Notes: generated by a model from the letters alone, not told the origin. A DNA stretch of 44,842 bases from Candidatus Woesearchaeota archaeon (GCA_016180275.1 JACPBN010000005.1:1-44842); one strand, 5' to 3'. Counted from the stretch's first letter, positions 29,164 to 37,764 are shown. A program made the numbers and translations.

Positions 29164-30180
29164 ATGATAGTAGTATTGAAGAAGAATGCAACTGAGAAAC
29201 AGATACAGCACATAAAGCAGCGCGCAATAGATCTTGGGTTTAAGATACATGAGAGCAAAGGCGTTGAAGTGACAATACTTGGGCTGATAGGTGATGAGAG
29301 AAATCTCAACAAAGCCCAGATTGAAGCGATGGAAGGCGTCGAGAAAGTAATGGAAGTCTTAAAGCCATACAAATTAGCCAGCAGAGACTTTCATCCACAT
29401 GACACTATTATTGATGTGAACGGAGTAAAGATTGGAGGTAAAGAATTGATAATAATGGCAGGGCCTTGCGCAGTTGAAAGTGAATCACAGATCTGCGGGA
29501 TTGCAAAAGAAGTAAAAAAATTGGGTGCACAGATTCTGCGCGGCGGAGCTTTTAAGCCAAGAAGCTCTCCTTATGCATTCCAAGGCTTGGAAGGAGAAGG
29601 ACTGAAGCATCTGGCAAAAGCACGAGAGCAGACAGGGCTTCCAATAATCACAGAAGTGCTTGACACGCATGAAGTTCCGCTAGTAGCTGAGTATGCTGAC
29701 ATCTTGCAGGTTGGCACAAGAAACATGCAGAACTTCAAGTTATTGAAAGCATTAGGAAAACAGAAAAAACCTGTGCTTCTGAAGAGAGGCATGAGCGCAA
29801 CCTTAGATGAATTTCTGATGGCAGCTGAATATATTATGTCAGAAGGCAATCATAATGTAATTTTGTGCGAACGCGGAATCAGGACATTCAATACGTACAC
29901 AAGAAACACATTGGATCTGGCAATTGTTCCTGTATTAAAGAAATTAACACATCTGCCTATTATCGTTGACCCAAGCCATGGAACAGGAAAATACGATCTT
30001 ATTATCCCTATGTCAAGGGCAGCAGTTGCAGCTGGCTGTGATGGATTGATAATAGAGTGCCACACTGAGCCAGAGAAATCTGTTAGTGATGCTGACCAGA
30101 CAATCTCCCCAAAAAGGCTTGCGCAATTGATAAAGGAGATAAAGCCAATTGCAGCTGCTGTTGGGAAAATAGTGAAATAA
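29164..30180 (+). CDS. aroF: DAHP synthase, type I-beta with N-terminal ferredoxin-like regulatory domain (paralog 1)
   Basis: 338 aa. Core motifs are [36 protein letters not shown] and VDPSH. The roughly 70-aa N-terminal domain MIVVLKK...LIGDE resembles that of Thermotoga-type DAHPS. SD is AGGTGA. Confidence 0.85.
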   Translation: MIVVLKKNATEKQIQHIKQRAIDLGFKIHESKGVEVTILGLIGDERNLNKAQIEAMEGVEKVMEVLKPYKLASRDFHPHDTIIDVNGVKIGGKELIIMAGPCAVESESQICGIAKEVKKLGAQILRGGAFKPRSSPYAFQGLEGEGLKHLAKAREQTGLPIITEVLDTHEVPLVAEYADILQVGTRNMQNFKLLKALGKQKKPVLLKRGMSATLDEFLMAAEYIMSEGNHNVILCERGIRTFNTYTRNTLDLAIVPVLKKLTHLPIIVDPSHGTGKYDLIIPMSRAAVAAGCDGLIIECHTEPEKSVSDADQTISPKRLAQLIKEIKPIAAAVGKIVK

Positions 30181-30236
30181 AATTGTTTTGAATTTAATTA
30201 TAATATTAAAATTTGTATAAATTAAATGGTGATACT

Positions 30237-31262
30237 ATGATAATTGTAATGAAGCAAGGAGCAAAGAAAGAGAACATAGAGGCAGTCATAGATCTGGTTG
30301 CAAAGAATAATTTGAAGCCTGTGCCGTTGTATGGAACAGAGAGAACTGTAATTGCAGTCATTGGTGATGAACGTGTCTTGAACAAAGATACTGTTGAAGC
30401 CATGGACGATGTTGAGAAAGTGATGGAAGTTTTAAAGCCGTATAAATTAGCTGCAAGAGAATATCATCCTGAAAACACAATAATAAAAGTCGGTGAAGGA
30501 GCTAATTGTGTGAATATTGGCGGCAAAGAGATTGTTGTAATGGCAGGACCTTGCGCAGTTGAGAATAAAGAGCAGATAATTTCCATTGCAAAAGAAGTCA
30601 AGAAAGCAGGAGCAAAGATATTGAGGGGCGGTGCATTCAAACCAAGGACTGCACCGTATGATTTCCAGGGATTAGGAGAACAAGGATTAAAGTATTTGGC
30701 TGCTGCAAGAGAAGAGACTGGATTAAAGATAGTTACAGAGGTTGTTGATCCCAGAGATGTTGCACTTGTTGAGAAGTATGCAGACATTTTACAAGTTGGA
30801 ACAAGGAATATGCAAAATTATACTTTATTGAAAGAATTAGGCAAAGCAAAAAAACCTGTGCTGCTAAAAAGAGGTATGTGGGCAACATATAAAGAGTGGC
30901 TGCTTGCTGCAGAATATATAATAAGTTCAGGAAATCCAAATGTGATCTTATGTGAGCGAGGAATAAGGACATTTGAAACGCATACGCGCAATACTTTAGA
31001 TTTAGCTGCAGTGCCTGCATTGAAAGAATTAACGCATTTGCCGATAGTAGTTGACCCTAGCCATGGCACAGGCAGAAGAAGCCTAGTTAGTGCTATGTGC
31101 AAAGCTGCAATTGCTACTGGGTGTGATGGATTGATAATTGAAAGCCATACTCATCCTGAAAAGAGTGTGAGTGATGCTGAGCAGACTATATCAACAGAAG
31201 TCCTTAAGCAGCTCATGAAGGATTTCAAGAAAGTTGCAGAAGCAGTAGGAAGGAAGATTTAA
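30237..31262 (+). CDS. aroF: DAHP synthase, type I-beta with N-terminal regulatory domain (paralog 2)
   Basis: Same core motifs: [30 protein letters not shown]. The N-terminal domain is divergent. Start set at the ATG at 30237, which has GGTGA upstream. Confidence 0.85.
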   Translation: MIIVMKQGAKKENIEAVIDLVAKNNLKPVPLYGTERTVIAVIGDERVLNKDTVEAMDDVEKVMEVLKPYKLAAREYHPENTIIKVGEGANCVNIGGKEIVVMAGPCAVENKEQIISIAKEVKKAGAKILRGGAFKPRTAPYDFQGLGEQGLKYLAAAREETGLKIVTEVVDPRDVALVEKYADILQVGTRNMQNYTLLKELGKAKKPVLLKRGMWATYKEWLLAAEYIISSGNPNVILCERGIRTFETHTRNTLDLAAVPALKELTHLPIVVDPSHGTGRRSLVSAMCKAAIATGCDGLIIESHTHPEKSVSDAEQTISTEVLKQLMKDFKKVAEAVGRKI

Positions 31263-31282
31263 TATAGTAATAATTTAATACT

Positions 31283-31393
31283 AAGTGTTGCGGTATTGAG
31301 CAAGGCGAAACAGTTTGGAGTAACGTCTCCAAACCCACGAGCAACGCGAGAATGCCTCGATGGTTTGGTTAAGCTTTTGCGGAGCAAAAGGTT
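31283..31393 (+). promoter_or_regulatory. GC-enriched structured leader upstream of aroB (alternative helices, micro-ORF, SD hairpin)
   Basis: TTTGGAG (31314-31320) pairs with CTCCAAA (31327-31333). CCAAACC (31329-31335) can instead pair with GGTTTGG (31362-31368). The micro-ORF ATG CCT CGA TGG TTT GGT TAA spans 31352-31372. The hairpin CTTTTGC-GGA-GCAAAAG (31374-31390) covers the GGAG before the aroB ATG. Confidence 0.45.
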
Positions 31394-32509
31394 ATGGTAG
31401 AATACATTAGAGTAAATTTGAAGTACAGACTAGATAGTTCTTATGGCATAGCTATAGGAGAGAATCTGGATAAAATTATCATTAATGACTTTAAGAAATT
31501 TAACCACAGTAAATATGTTATTATTACAGATGATGTTACAGGAAAATTATTTGGCAACAAGCTACTTGCATTATTGAGAAAAAACAAAGTAAATGCAGAA
31601 ATTGTTGACTTTAAGGCAGGAGAAAAGAGCAAAAACATTGAAACCATAACGAAACTTTGCAGAGAACTGTTAAGGATGAATGCAGACAGAAAATCATGCA
31701 TAATTGCATTAGGCGGTGGGGTAGTTGGAGATGTTGCAGGTTTTGTAGCGAGCATTTATATGCGTGGCATTAATTTTGTTCAGATTCCCACAACTTTGCT
31801 GGCAATGGTTGACAGCAGCATAGGCGGCAAAGTCGGAGTTGATTTAGATTCTGGCAAAAATATCCTAGGCATGTTTTCACAGCCAAAAAAAGTCTATATC
31901 GATATTGATTACTTAGAAACACTGCCAATAAGCGAGCTTGAAAATGGATTAGCAGAAATAATAAAGCATGGAATAATTGCAGATAAAGCTCTTTTCATAT
32001 ATATAGAAAAGAATCTCTGCAAGATATTTATGAGAAATGTGGCAGCATTAAAAAGAATAATCATTAATTCTGTAAAAATAAAAAAAGCAATTGTTGAAAA
32101 AGATGAAAAAGAATCTTTGCTGAGAATGAAGCTAAACTTTGGGCATACAACTGGGCATGCGATTGAGGCATTGAGCAATTATAGGATAAAGCATGGCATG
32201 GCGGTTGCTTTAGGCATGCTAATTGAAAGCAGAATAGCAAATAAGCTTGGGTTGTTAAAAAGCTTTGATATGTTAAGAATAAATTTGCTTGTCAGAAGAG
32301 CTGGCTTGAATATTCATGATAATGTTTTTAGGGTTGTGAAGAAAGCAAATCTAAATAAACTAGTTTTGCTTATGCACCATGATAAAAAGACTTTTAATGG
32401 GGATATAAGGTTTATATTGCCATTAACCCTAGGTAAAGTAGTTATTAGAGGAAGCATGAAAGATAACTTAATAAAGGAGTCTGTTTTAGATGCATTGCCT
32501 AATGCATAA
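31394..32509 (+). CDS. aroB: 3-dehydroquinate synthase (AroB type)
   Basis: GGGVVGDVAGFVAS, the GGKVGVD region and NFGHTTGHAIE. Confidence 0.9.
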   Translation: MVEYIRVNLKYRLDSSYGIAIGENLDKIIINDFKKFNHSKYVIITDDVTGKLFGNKLLALLRKNKVNAEIVDFKAGEKSKNIETITKLCRELLRMNADRKSCIIALGGGVVGDVAGFVASIYMRGINFVQIPTTLLAMVDSSIGGKVGVDLDSGKNILGMFSQPKKVYIDIDYLETLPISELENGLAEIIKHGIIADKALFIYIEKNLCKIFMRNVAALKRIIINSVKIKKAIVEKDEKESLLRMKLNFGHTTGHAIEALSNYRIKHGMAVALGMLIESRIANKLGLLKSFDMLRINLLVRRAGLNIHDNVFRVVKKANLNKLVLLMHHDKKTFNGDIRFILPLTLGKVVIRGSMKDNLIKESVLDALPNA

Positions 32510-32600
32510 AATACCTTAAAGGTGCTTAAATATACTTAACATGTATTTGGGGCACTTAAATACAATATTTTGAGAGAATTAGTCTTAAGAGTAGCTTATC

Positions 32601-34163
32601 ATGATAGTAATCCCAATAACCGCAAACAACGTAATAGAAAGCTTTGAAGAAATTAGAAAAGCTGCTAAAGTCGCAGATATAATTGAGCTGCGCTGTGATT
32701 ATTTGTTTACTGCAAACAGGATAATTCTGAGAAAACTGTTGAGATTTGTCAGAAGCTGTAAAAAGCCTGTTATTGTAACTCCAAGGGATAGGAAGCAAGG
32801 CGGCACAGGCATAATTGACAACATTACAAAAATTGAGCTGATTCTTGAATCTATTAAACAAAAAGCTGATTACTTTGACATTGAAGCAGATAAATTAAAG
32901 CTCCTTAAAAAAGTTGATATTGATGACATCAGAAAAGAACTTGAAGATGATTATGGTGTAGATATAAGAAAATTTGAGAAAGATATGATGAAGACAAAAT
33001 TCATTGTAAGCTACCATAACTTCAAAAAAACACCGGATGTAATTTCTGTCTATAAAAAGATAAGAAAAGATGCAAAAAAATACAAGCTAAAGAATTATGT
33101 TATCAAGGTAGTAACATTGGCAAATGTAATTGAAGACAATGCAAAAATATTCAAGCTATTAGAGCTTGCAAAAAAAGACAAGCAGCCGATAATTGCATTC
33201 TGTATGGGAAATTATGGAGAGATAAGCAGGGTTCTTTGCGCAAAATATGGGAGCTTGTTCACATTTGGGTGCTTGGAAGAAACAAAGAAGGCTGCTCCAG
33301 GACAGATAAATGCTGACTTGCTGAAGAATATTTATAGGGTTAATAAGCAGGATGCTGCTACAAAAGTGTTTGGGCTGATAGGTAATCCAGTTAATGAAAG
33401 CAAAGGATATCTGGTGCATAATTTATGTTTTGAGAATAAAAAGATAAATGCTGTTTATGTTAATTTTTTGGTTGATGATATAAAAAAATTTCTTGCTGTA
33501 TATAAAGATAGGTTTCATGGATTCAGCATTACAATGCCATACAAGCAAAGTATTGTCAAGTATTTAAATAAAGAAGATTCAAATGCCAAGAAGATTGGGG
33601 CAGTAAACACCCTAGCAATTAATGCCGGAAAATTATCTGGCCATAATACAGATTATAACGGTGCGTTGGAGGCATTAACAAAAGTCACAAAATTAGCAGA
33701 CAAAAAAGTTCTGATGCTAGGCGCAGGCGGTGTTGCAAAAGCAATATTAGCTGCTTTGATAAATGAAGGAGCTATTGTAACAGTTGCAGATACAGATGGG
33801 CATAAAGCAAAATTAGTTGCTAATAGCTTTAATTCTGCATATTGCAGCATGAGAGAGATTGCAGATGTTGAATTTGATATCTTGATTAATGCTACACCTA
33901 TCGGCATGGCTCCAAATATTGATGCTATGCCTGTCGGCAATGAAATATTAAATAAATTGGACAAGAAAAAAGTTGTGTTTGATGTTGTTTATTCTCCGGA
34001 AAAAACCAAGCTATTGGAAGAGGCAGAGAAAAGGCATGCCATAACGGTTTCCGGCGTTGATATGTTTATTTTGCAGGCAAGAGAGCAGTTTAAGCTCTGG
34101 ACAGGAAAGATGCCAGATCTAAGGCTGATGAAAAGGATATTGGTCAAGGGCGCTTTGAAGTAA
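32601..34163 (+). CDS. aroDE: Bifunctional type I 3-dehydroquinate dehydratase / shikimate 5-dehydrogenase (AroD-AroE fusion)
   Basis: The N-terminal roughly 255 aa carry IELRCDYL, IVSYHNF and IAFCMG (type I DHQase). The C-terminal roughly 265 aa carry VFGLIGNPVNESKG, ITMPYKQ, GAVNT, HNTDYNG and GAGGVAKA (AroE). Confidence 0.85.
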   Translation: MIVIPITANNVIESFEEIRKAAKVADIIELRCDYLFTANRIILRKLLRFVRSCKKPVIVTPRDRKQGGTGIIDNITKIELILESIKQKADYFDIEADKLKLLKKVDIDDIRKELEDDYGVDIRKFEKDMMKTKFIVSYHNFKKTPDVISVYKKIRKDAKKYKLKNYVIKVVTLANVIEDNAKIFKLLELAKKDKQPIIAFCMGNYGEISRVLCAKYGSLFTFGCLEETKKAAPGQINADLLKNIYRVNKQDAATKVFGLIGNPVNESKGYLVHNLCFENKKINAVYVNFLVDDIKKFLAVYKDRFHGFSITMPYKQSIVKYLNKEDSNAKKIGAVNTLAINAGKLSGHNTDYNGALEALTKVTKLADKKVLMLGAGGVAKAILAALINEGAIVTVADTDGHKAKLVANSFNSAYCSMREIADVEFDILINATPIGMAPNIDAMPVGNEILNKLDKKKVVFDVVYSPEKTKLLEEAEKRHAITVSGVDMFILQAREQFKLWTGKMPDLRLMKRILVKGALK

Positions 34164-34284
34164 GGGATGGGATTAAATCGAGAGCTGTAGGAAGTAGTTC
34201 TTATGTTTTAAGAGGATAATTAACACAAGGTTAATCTATAAATTTATTTGATAGATTCTTGCATAAAAACCGCTAGATTTATAT

Positions 34285-34328
34285 ATTATTACTTAAATAT
34301 AATAATATTATTACTAAAATATAATAAT
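34285..34328. repeat. Tandem 22-bp direct repeat (ATTATTACTTAAATATAATAAT / ATTATTACTAAAATATAATAAT) in the promoter of the MNT gene
   Basis: Two adjacent copies with one mismatch, ending 4 nt before the ATG at 34333. Each contains a TATA-like core. Confidence 0.6.
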
Positions 34329-34332
34329 AAAG

Positions 34333-34914
34333 ATGAACAGCAAGCAGAAGATATTAAGGCATTTTATTGAGAATAATGAAGATTCATTCAGCATCCGCTC
34401 TATAAGTAAGAAGTTAAAGATAAACTACAGGATAGCCTTTGAAGAGATTGAAAAGCTTAAAGAACAAGAATTAATCGAAATAAAGAAGTTAGGCAACTGC
34501 AATCTATGCAGATTTGCATTTAAGTACAATGAAAAGGTTTTTGAGATAGAAAACATCAGAAAAAACGAATTGTTAGACAACAAAGATTTATGGGTGATCT
34601 ATAACAGGTTTAAGGATATAAAGAGCCCATTTTTTATATTAGCTGTATTTGGATCATATGCAAAAGGCACACAGACAAAGCGCTCTGACATAGACCTGTG
34701 CATAATTGCAGACAATGAAAAAATATTAAAGAAAGCAGAGCAGATTATCGGGCTGATTCCGTTTGAGATCCATCTTTTGGATTTTACAACAGAGCAGTTT
34801 ATCAGCATGTTAAAAACAACAGAGCTTAATGTCGGTAAAGAGATAGTAAAGAATAATATAATATTATACGGCACTGAAAACTTTTACGAGATGATCAACT
34901 ATGCTAAGCAATGA
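34333..34914 (+). CDS. Nucleotidyltransferase (MNT-type) with N-terminal wHTH-like domain
   Basis: 193 aa. LAVFGSYAKGTQTKRSDIDLCII is the pol-beta NTase motif. The N-terminal roughly 90 aa are HTH-like. Confidence 0.75.
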   Translation: MNSKQKILRHFIENNEDSFSIRSISKKLKINYRIAFEEIEKLKEQELIEIKKLGNCNLCRFAFKYNEKVFEIENIRKNELLDNKDLWVIYNRFKDIKSPFFILAVFGSYAKGTQTKRSDIDLCIIADNEKILKKAEQIIGLIPFEIHLLDFTTEQFISMLKTTELNVGKEIVKNNIILYGTENFYEMINYAKQ

Positions 34915-35419
34915 AAGGATAAATGAAGCAAAAGCGAATATTACTAGGTATCTTGATGAAAGATTGATAGCAAAACAAGCTTTCAATAAGATAGTATATG
35001 ATACATATGTCAGGAATTATAAAGAATCTTTAGAATTAGCTGAGAATACATTTACAAACAAGATGTCAAACTTGTGGGTAATTGTAATAAGCTATTATTC
35101 GATGTTCTATATTGCAAACGCCGTATTGTATAAATTAGGATATAAAGTCGGAAGCAAGATTGCGCATAAGGTAACAGCAGATGCACTGATTGTATATATA
35201 AAGAACAAGCTTACATCAAATCTTTTAGAGGATTATGAGATTGCAAATGAAGAGGCAATGGCAATATCTGACAATATAATGCAGAACTTTGATCTGGAAA
35301 GACTGAAAAGGTCTAAGTTTCAATACGAGACAACAGAAGAGATAAAGCAAGGCAAAGCAGAGACATCATTAAACCGAGCAAAAGAATTTATTGCTGAGAT
35401 GGAGAAACTATTGAGATAA
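34901..35419 (+). CDS. HEPN-domain protein (partner of the MNT)
   Basis: 172 aa, overlapping the MNT gene by 14 nt. SYYSMFYIANAVLYKLG and the all-helical pattern are HEPN-like. The protein has a single His and no R-x4-6-H motif. Confidence 0.6.
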   Translation: MLSNERINEAKANITRYLDERLIAKQAFNKIVYDTYVRNYKESLELAENTFTNKMSNLWVIVISYYSMFYIANAVLYKLGYKVGSKIAHKVTADALIVYIKNKLTSNLLEDYEIANEEAMAISDNIMQNFDLERLKRSKFQYETTEEIKQGKAETSLNRAKEFIAEMEKLLR

Positions 35420-35420
35420 A

Positions 35421-37469
35421 ATGGCAGCCATAAAACTAACAAAGATAAAAGCAGTAGTATTCGACATGGATGGTGTGCTGATAGATTCTGAGAAATATCA
35501 TCTTCAGGCTTATAACGATGTATTTGAAGAGCTGAACCTTGGCATGCATCTTTCCAGAGAAGATTTTAAGAGATTCTTTGGACGCGGAGCAAAGCAGATA
35601 ATTTTTCAGCTGTTCAAAGAGAACAAGATAAAAGAAGATCCAGTTAAGTATGCAACATTAAAAGACAAAAGATTCAGAGAAGTGATAAAGAAATATGCTA
35701 AGCCATTGCCCGGCGTTATTGAATTGATGAAAGAGCTTTCTAAGGAATATAGGCTATGTGTTGCATCTAGTGCAGCTTATGAGAATGTTAAGTTGATCAC
35801 TAAATTATTGAAGGTAGATAAATATCTTGAGTTTTTTATTTCAGGTGATGATGTCAAAGATACGAAGCCTTCTCCAGAGATCTATCTGAAAGCTGCAAAA
35901 AAATTAAAGTTAGATGCTTCTGAATGTGTTATAATTGAGGATGCAGATTTAGGCATACAGGCAGCAAAATCTGCTGGAATGAAGTGCATTGCAGTTACAA
36001 ATACCCTGCCAAAAGAGAAATTGAAACAAGCAGATTTGATTGTGACAAGCTTGGAGAATGTAGATAATGACACTATAAAAAAGTTTGATTTCGTAGAGGT
36101 AACTCCCTCATCTGCAAAAAAAGATGGTAAAGATATTACCACTATTTCTGTGCCTGGCTCCAAAAGCTATACAAACAGGGCTTTATTGGTTGCTGCATTG
36201 GCAGAAGGAAAGAGTGTTATTAAGAATCCTTTGTTTAGTGATGATACTAAGTATATGATTGATGCATTAAAGCAGTTAGGAGTAAAGATCGTTATAACTA
36301 ATAAAGACAATAAGAATACAAAAGCAGCAAAAGAAGATTCAATAATAGTTTATGGCTCTGCTGGAAAATTAAACTCTCCAAAAAAACAGATATTTGTTGG
36401 AAATGCAGGCACTGCAATGAGATTTTTGACTGCAGCTTCTGTGCTTGCTGATGGCAAAGTTGTGCTGACAGGAGAGCAAAGGATGCTTGAAAGGCCGATA
36501 GATGATTTGGTTGATGCATTAAAGCAGCTAGGAATAAAAGCTTCTGCAAAAAAAAACTGCCCGCCTGTCACAGTATATGGCAATAGCACAGGAAAAGATA
36601 ATTCAGGCAAAAGCAACACAATCAAAAGAAGTTTTCCTGGAGGTAAATGCAAGATTAACGGAGAAAAGAGCTCCCAGTTTCTCAGCGCATTACTGATGAT
36701 AGCACCTTTTGCAGAGCACGATGTTGAGATAGATATTGTCGGGGAGCTTGCTTCAAAGCCATTTGTTGACATAACTATTGATGTCATGCACAAATTTTGT
36801 GTAGAAGTTGAAAATACTAATTACAAAAAATTCAAGGTAAAAGCTGGGCAATGGTATGATGCCCATGATTATGTTATTGAAGGCGATGCTTCAAATGCAA
36901 GCTATTTCTTTGCAATAGCAGCAGTTACTGGCAAAAAGATCAGAGTAGAGAACATAAACCAAAAAACTGTCCAGGGAGACGTTAAGTTTCTAAACTTGCT
37001 TCAGGAAATGGGATGTGAAGTGAAGTTTGGGGAGAATTATATCGAAGTAAGCAGAAATAAGAATAAAACAGGTAATAAAAATAAACTAAAAGCAATTATT
37101 GTAGATATGAATTCAATGCCAGATGTCGTGCAGACTCTTGCTGTTGTTGCTTTGTTTGCAGAAGGAACAACAAAAATAACAAATGTTTCAAATTTACGAA
37201 TCAAGGAGACAGACAGATTGCATGCAATGGCAACTGAGCTAAGGAAATTAGGCGCAGATGTCAATGAATTGGAAGATGGGTTGGAGATTAAAGGATGCAG
37301 AGGGGATTTAAGGAGATTACACCGCGCAGAAATTAACACATACAATGACCACAGGATGGCAATGTGCTTTGCAATAGCTGCATTTAAGGTTTCAGGAATC
37401 AGGATATTGAATCCCTGTTGCGTAAATAAGACATTTCCAGAATATTGGGAGAAGATAAAGAGAATATAA
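35421..37469 (+). CDS. aroA: HAD-superfamily phosphatase (beta-PGM-like) fused to 3-phosphoshikimate 1-carboxyvinyltransferase (EPSP synthase)
   Basis: Residues 1 to about 220 carry VVFDMDGVLIDSE (motif I DxD), CVASSA (II), KPSPE (III) and IEDADLGIQAA (IV). Residues from about 235 to 682 carry VPGSKSYTNRALLVAALAEG, VGNAGTAMRFLTA, SSQFLSALLM, RIKETDRL and DHRMAMCFAIAA. Confidence 0.85.
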   Translation: MAAIKLTKIKAVVFDMDGVLIDSEKYHLQAYNDVFEELNLGMHLSREDFKRFFGRGAKQIIFQLFKENKIKEDPVKYATLKDKRFREVIKKYAKPLPGVIELMKELSKEYRLCVASSAAYENVKLITKLLKVDKYLEFFISGDDVKDTKPSPEIYLKAAKKLKLDASECVIIEDADLGIQAAKSAGMKCIAVTNTLPKEKLKQADLIVTSLENVDNDTIKKFDFVEVTPSSAKKDGKDITTISVPGSKSYTNRALLVAALAEGKSVIKNPLFSDDTKYMIDALKQLGVKIVITNKDNKNTKAAKEDSIIVYGSAGKLNSPKKQIFVGNAGTAMRFLTAASVLADGKVVLTGEQRMLERPIDDLVDALKQLGIKASAKKNCPPVTVYGNSTGKDNSGKSNTIKRSFPGGKCKINGEKSSQFLSALLMIAPFAEHDVEIDIVGELASKPFVDITIDVMHKFCVEVENTNYKKFKVKAGQWYDAHDYVIEGDASNASYFFAIAAVTGKKIRVENINQKTVQGDVKFLNLLQEMGCEVKFGENYIEVSRNKNKTGNKNKLKAIIVDMNSMPDVVQTLAVVALFAEGTTKITNVSNLRIKETDRLHAMATELRKLGADVNELEDGLEIKGCRGDLRRLHRAEINTYNDHRMAMCFAIAAFKVSGIRILNPCCVNKTFPEYWEKIKRI

Positions 37470-37523
37470 ATAGAAAATATTAAATAAGACAACCTACAAA
37501 ATAAATTAAAATATTGTTTAGAA

Positions 37524-37649
37524 ATGGCTAACTACTTTATAGTCGGATTGGGGATTTTCTTGATATTTGTTGGTCTAATAGATTTGTATCTTTATTACCC
37601 TTTGGGTTTAATACCACGTTGCTTGCAACGATTTGATTATTTATATTAG
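37524..37649 (+). CDS. Candidate small hydrophobic, aromatic-rich ORF (41 aa)
   Basis: MANYFIVGLGIFLIFVGLIDLYLYYPLGLIPRCLQRFDYLY has 10 Phe or Tyr in 41 residues and one TM-like segment. Its 3' end overlaps hairpin repeat A. No SD is evident. Confidence 0.25.
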   Translation: MANYFIVGLGIFLIFVGLIDLYLYYPLGLIPRCLQRFDYLY

Positions 37650-37676
37650 AGATACCCCGTAGCTTGCTGCGGTTGG
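37611..37676. repeat. Two copies of a 25-nt hairpin-forming repeat (ATACCACGTTGCTTGCAACGATTTG / ATACCCCGTAGCTTGCTGCGGTTGG)
   Basis: Copies at 37611-37635 and 37652-37676 match at 19 of 25 positions. Both fold around a GCTTGC core. One stem position shows a compensatory T:A to A:T change. Confidence 0.55.
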
Positions 37677-37764
37677 GAGCTTCATTTCTGTAGCAAAAAA
37701 CCAATAAATTTATATATTATTAGGTATTAATAGATATGAACTAATAATATATGGAGGAATAAAA

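Noticed and set aside
32520-32600. The direct repeat GTGCTTAAATA / GCACTTAAATA and the 10-codon ORF MYLGHLNTIF upstream of aroDE.
   Set aside because: The repeats look like ordinary TATA-box-like promoter sequence. The micro-ORF has no start context and no amino acid bias beyond composition.
37611-37676. Whether the two 25-nt hairpin repeats are a mini CRISPR array.
   Set aside because: There are only two copies, they are imperfect, the spacer is 16 nt, and no cas genes occur in the window. I report them as a repeat instead.
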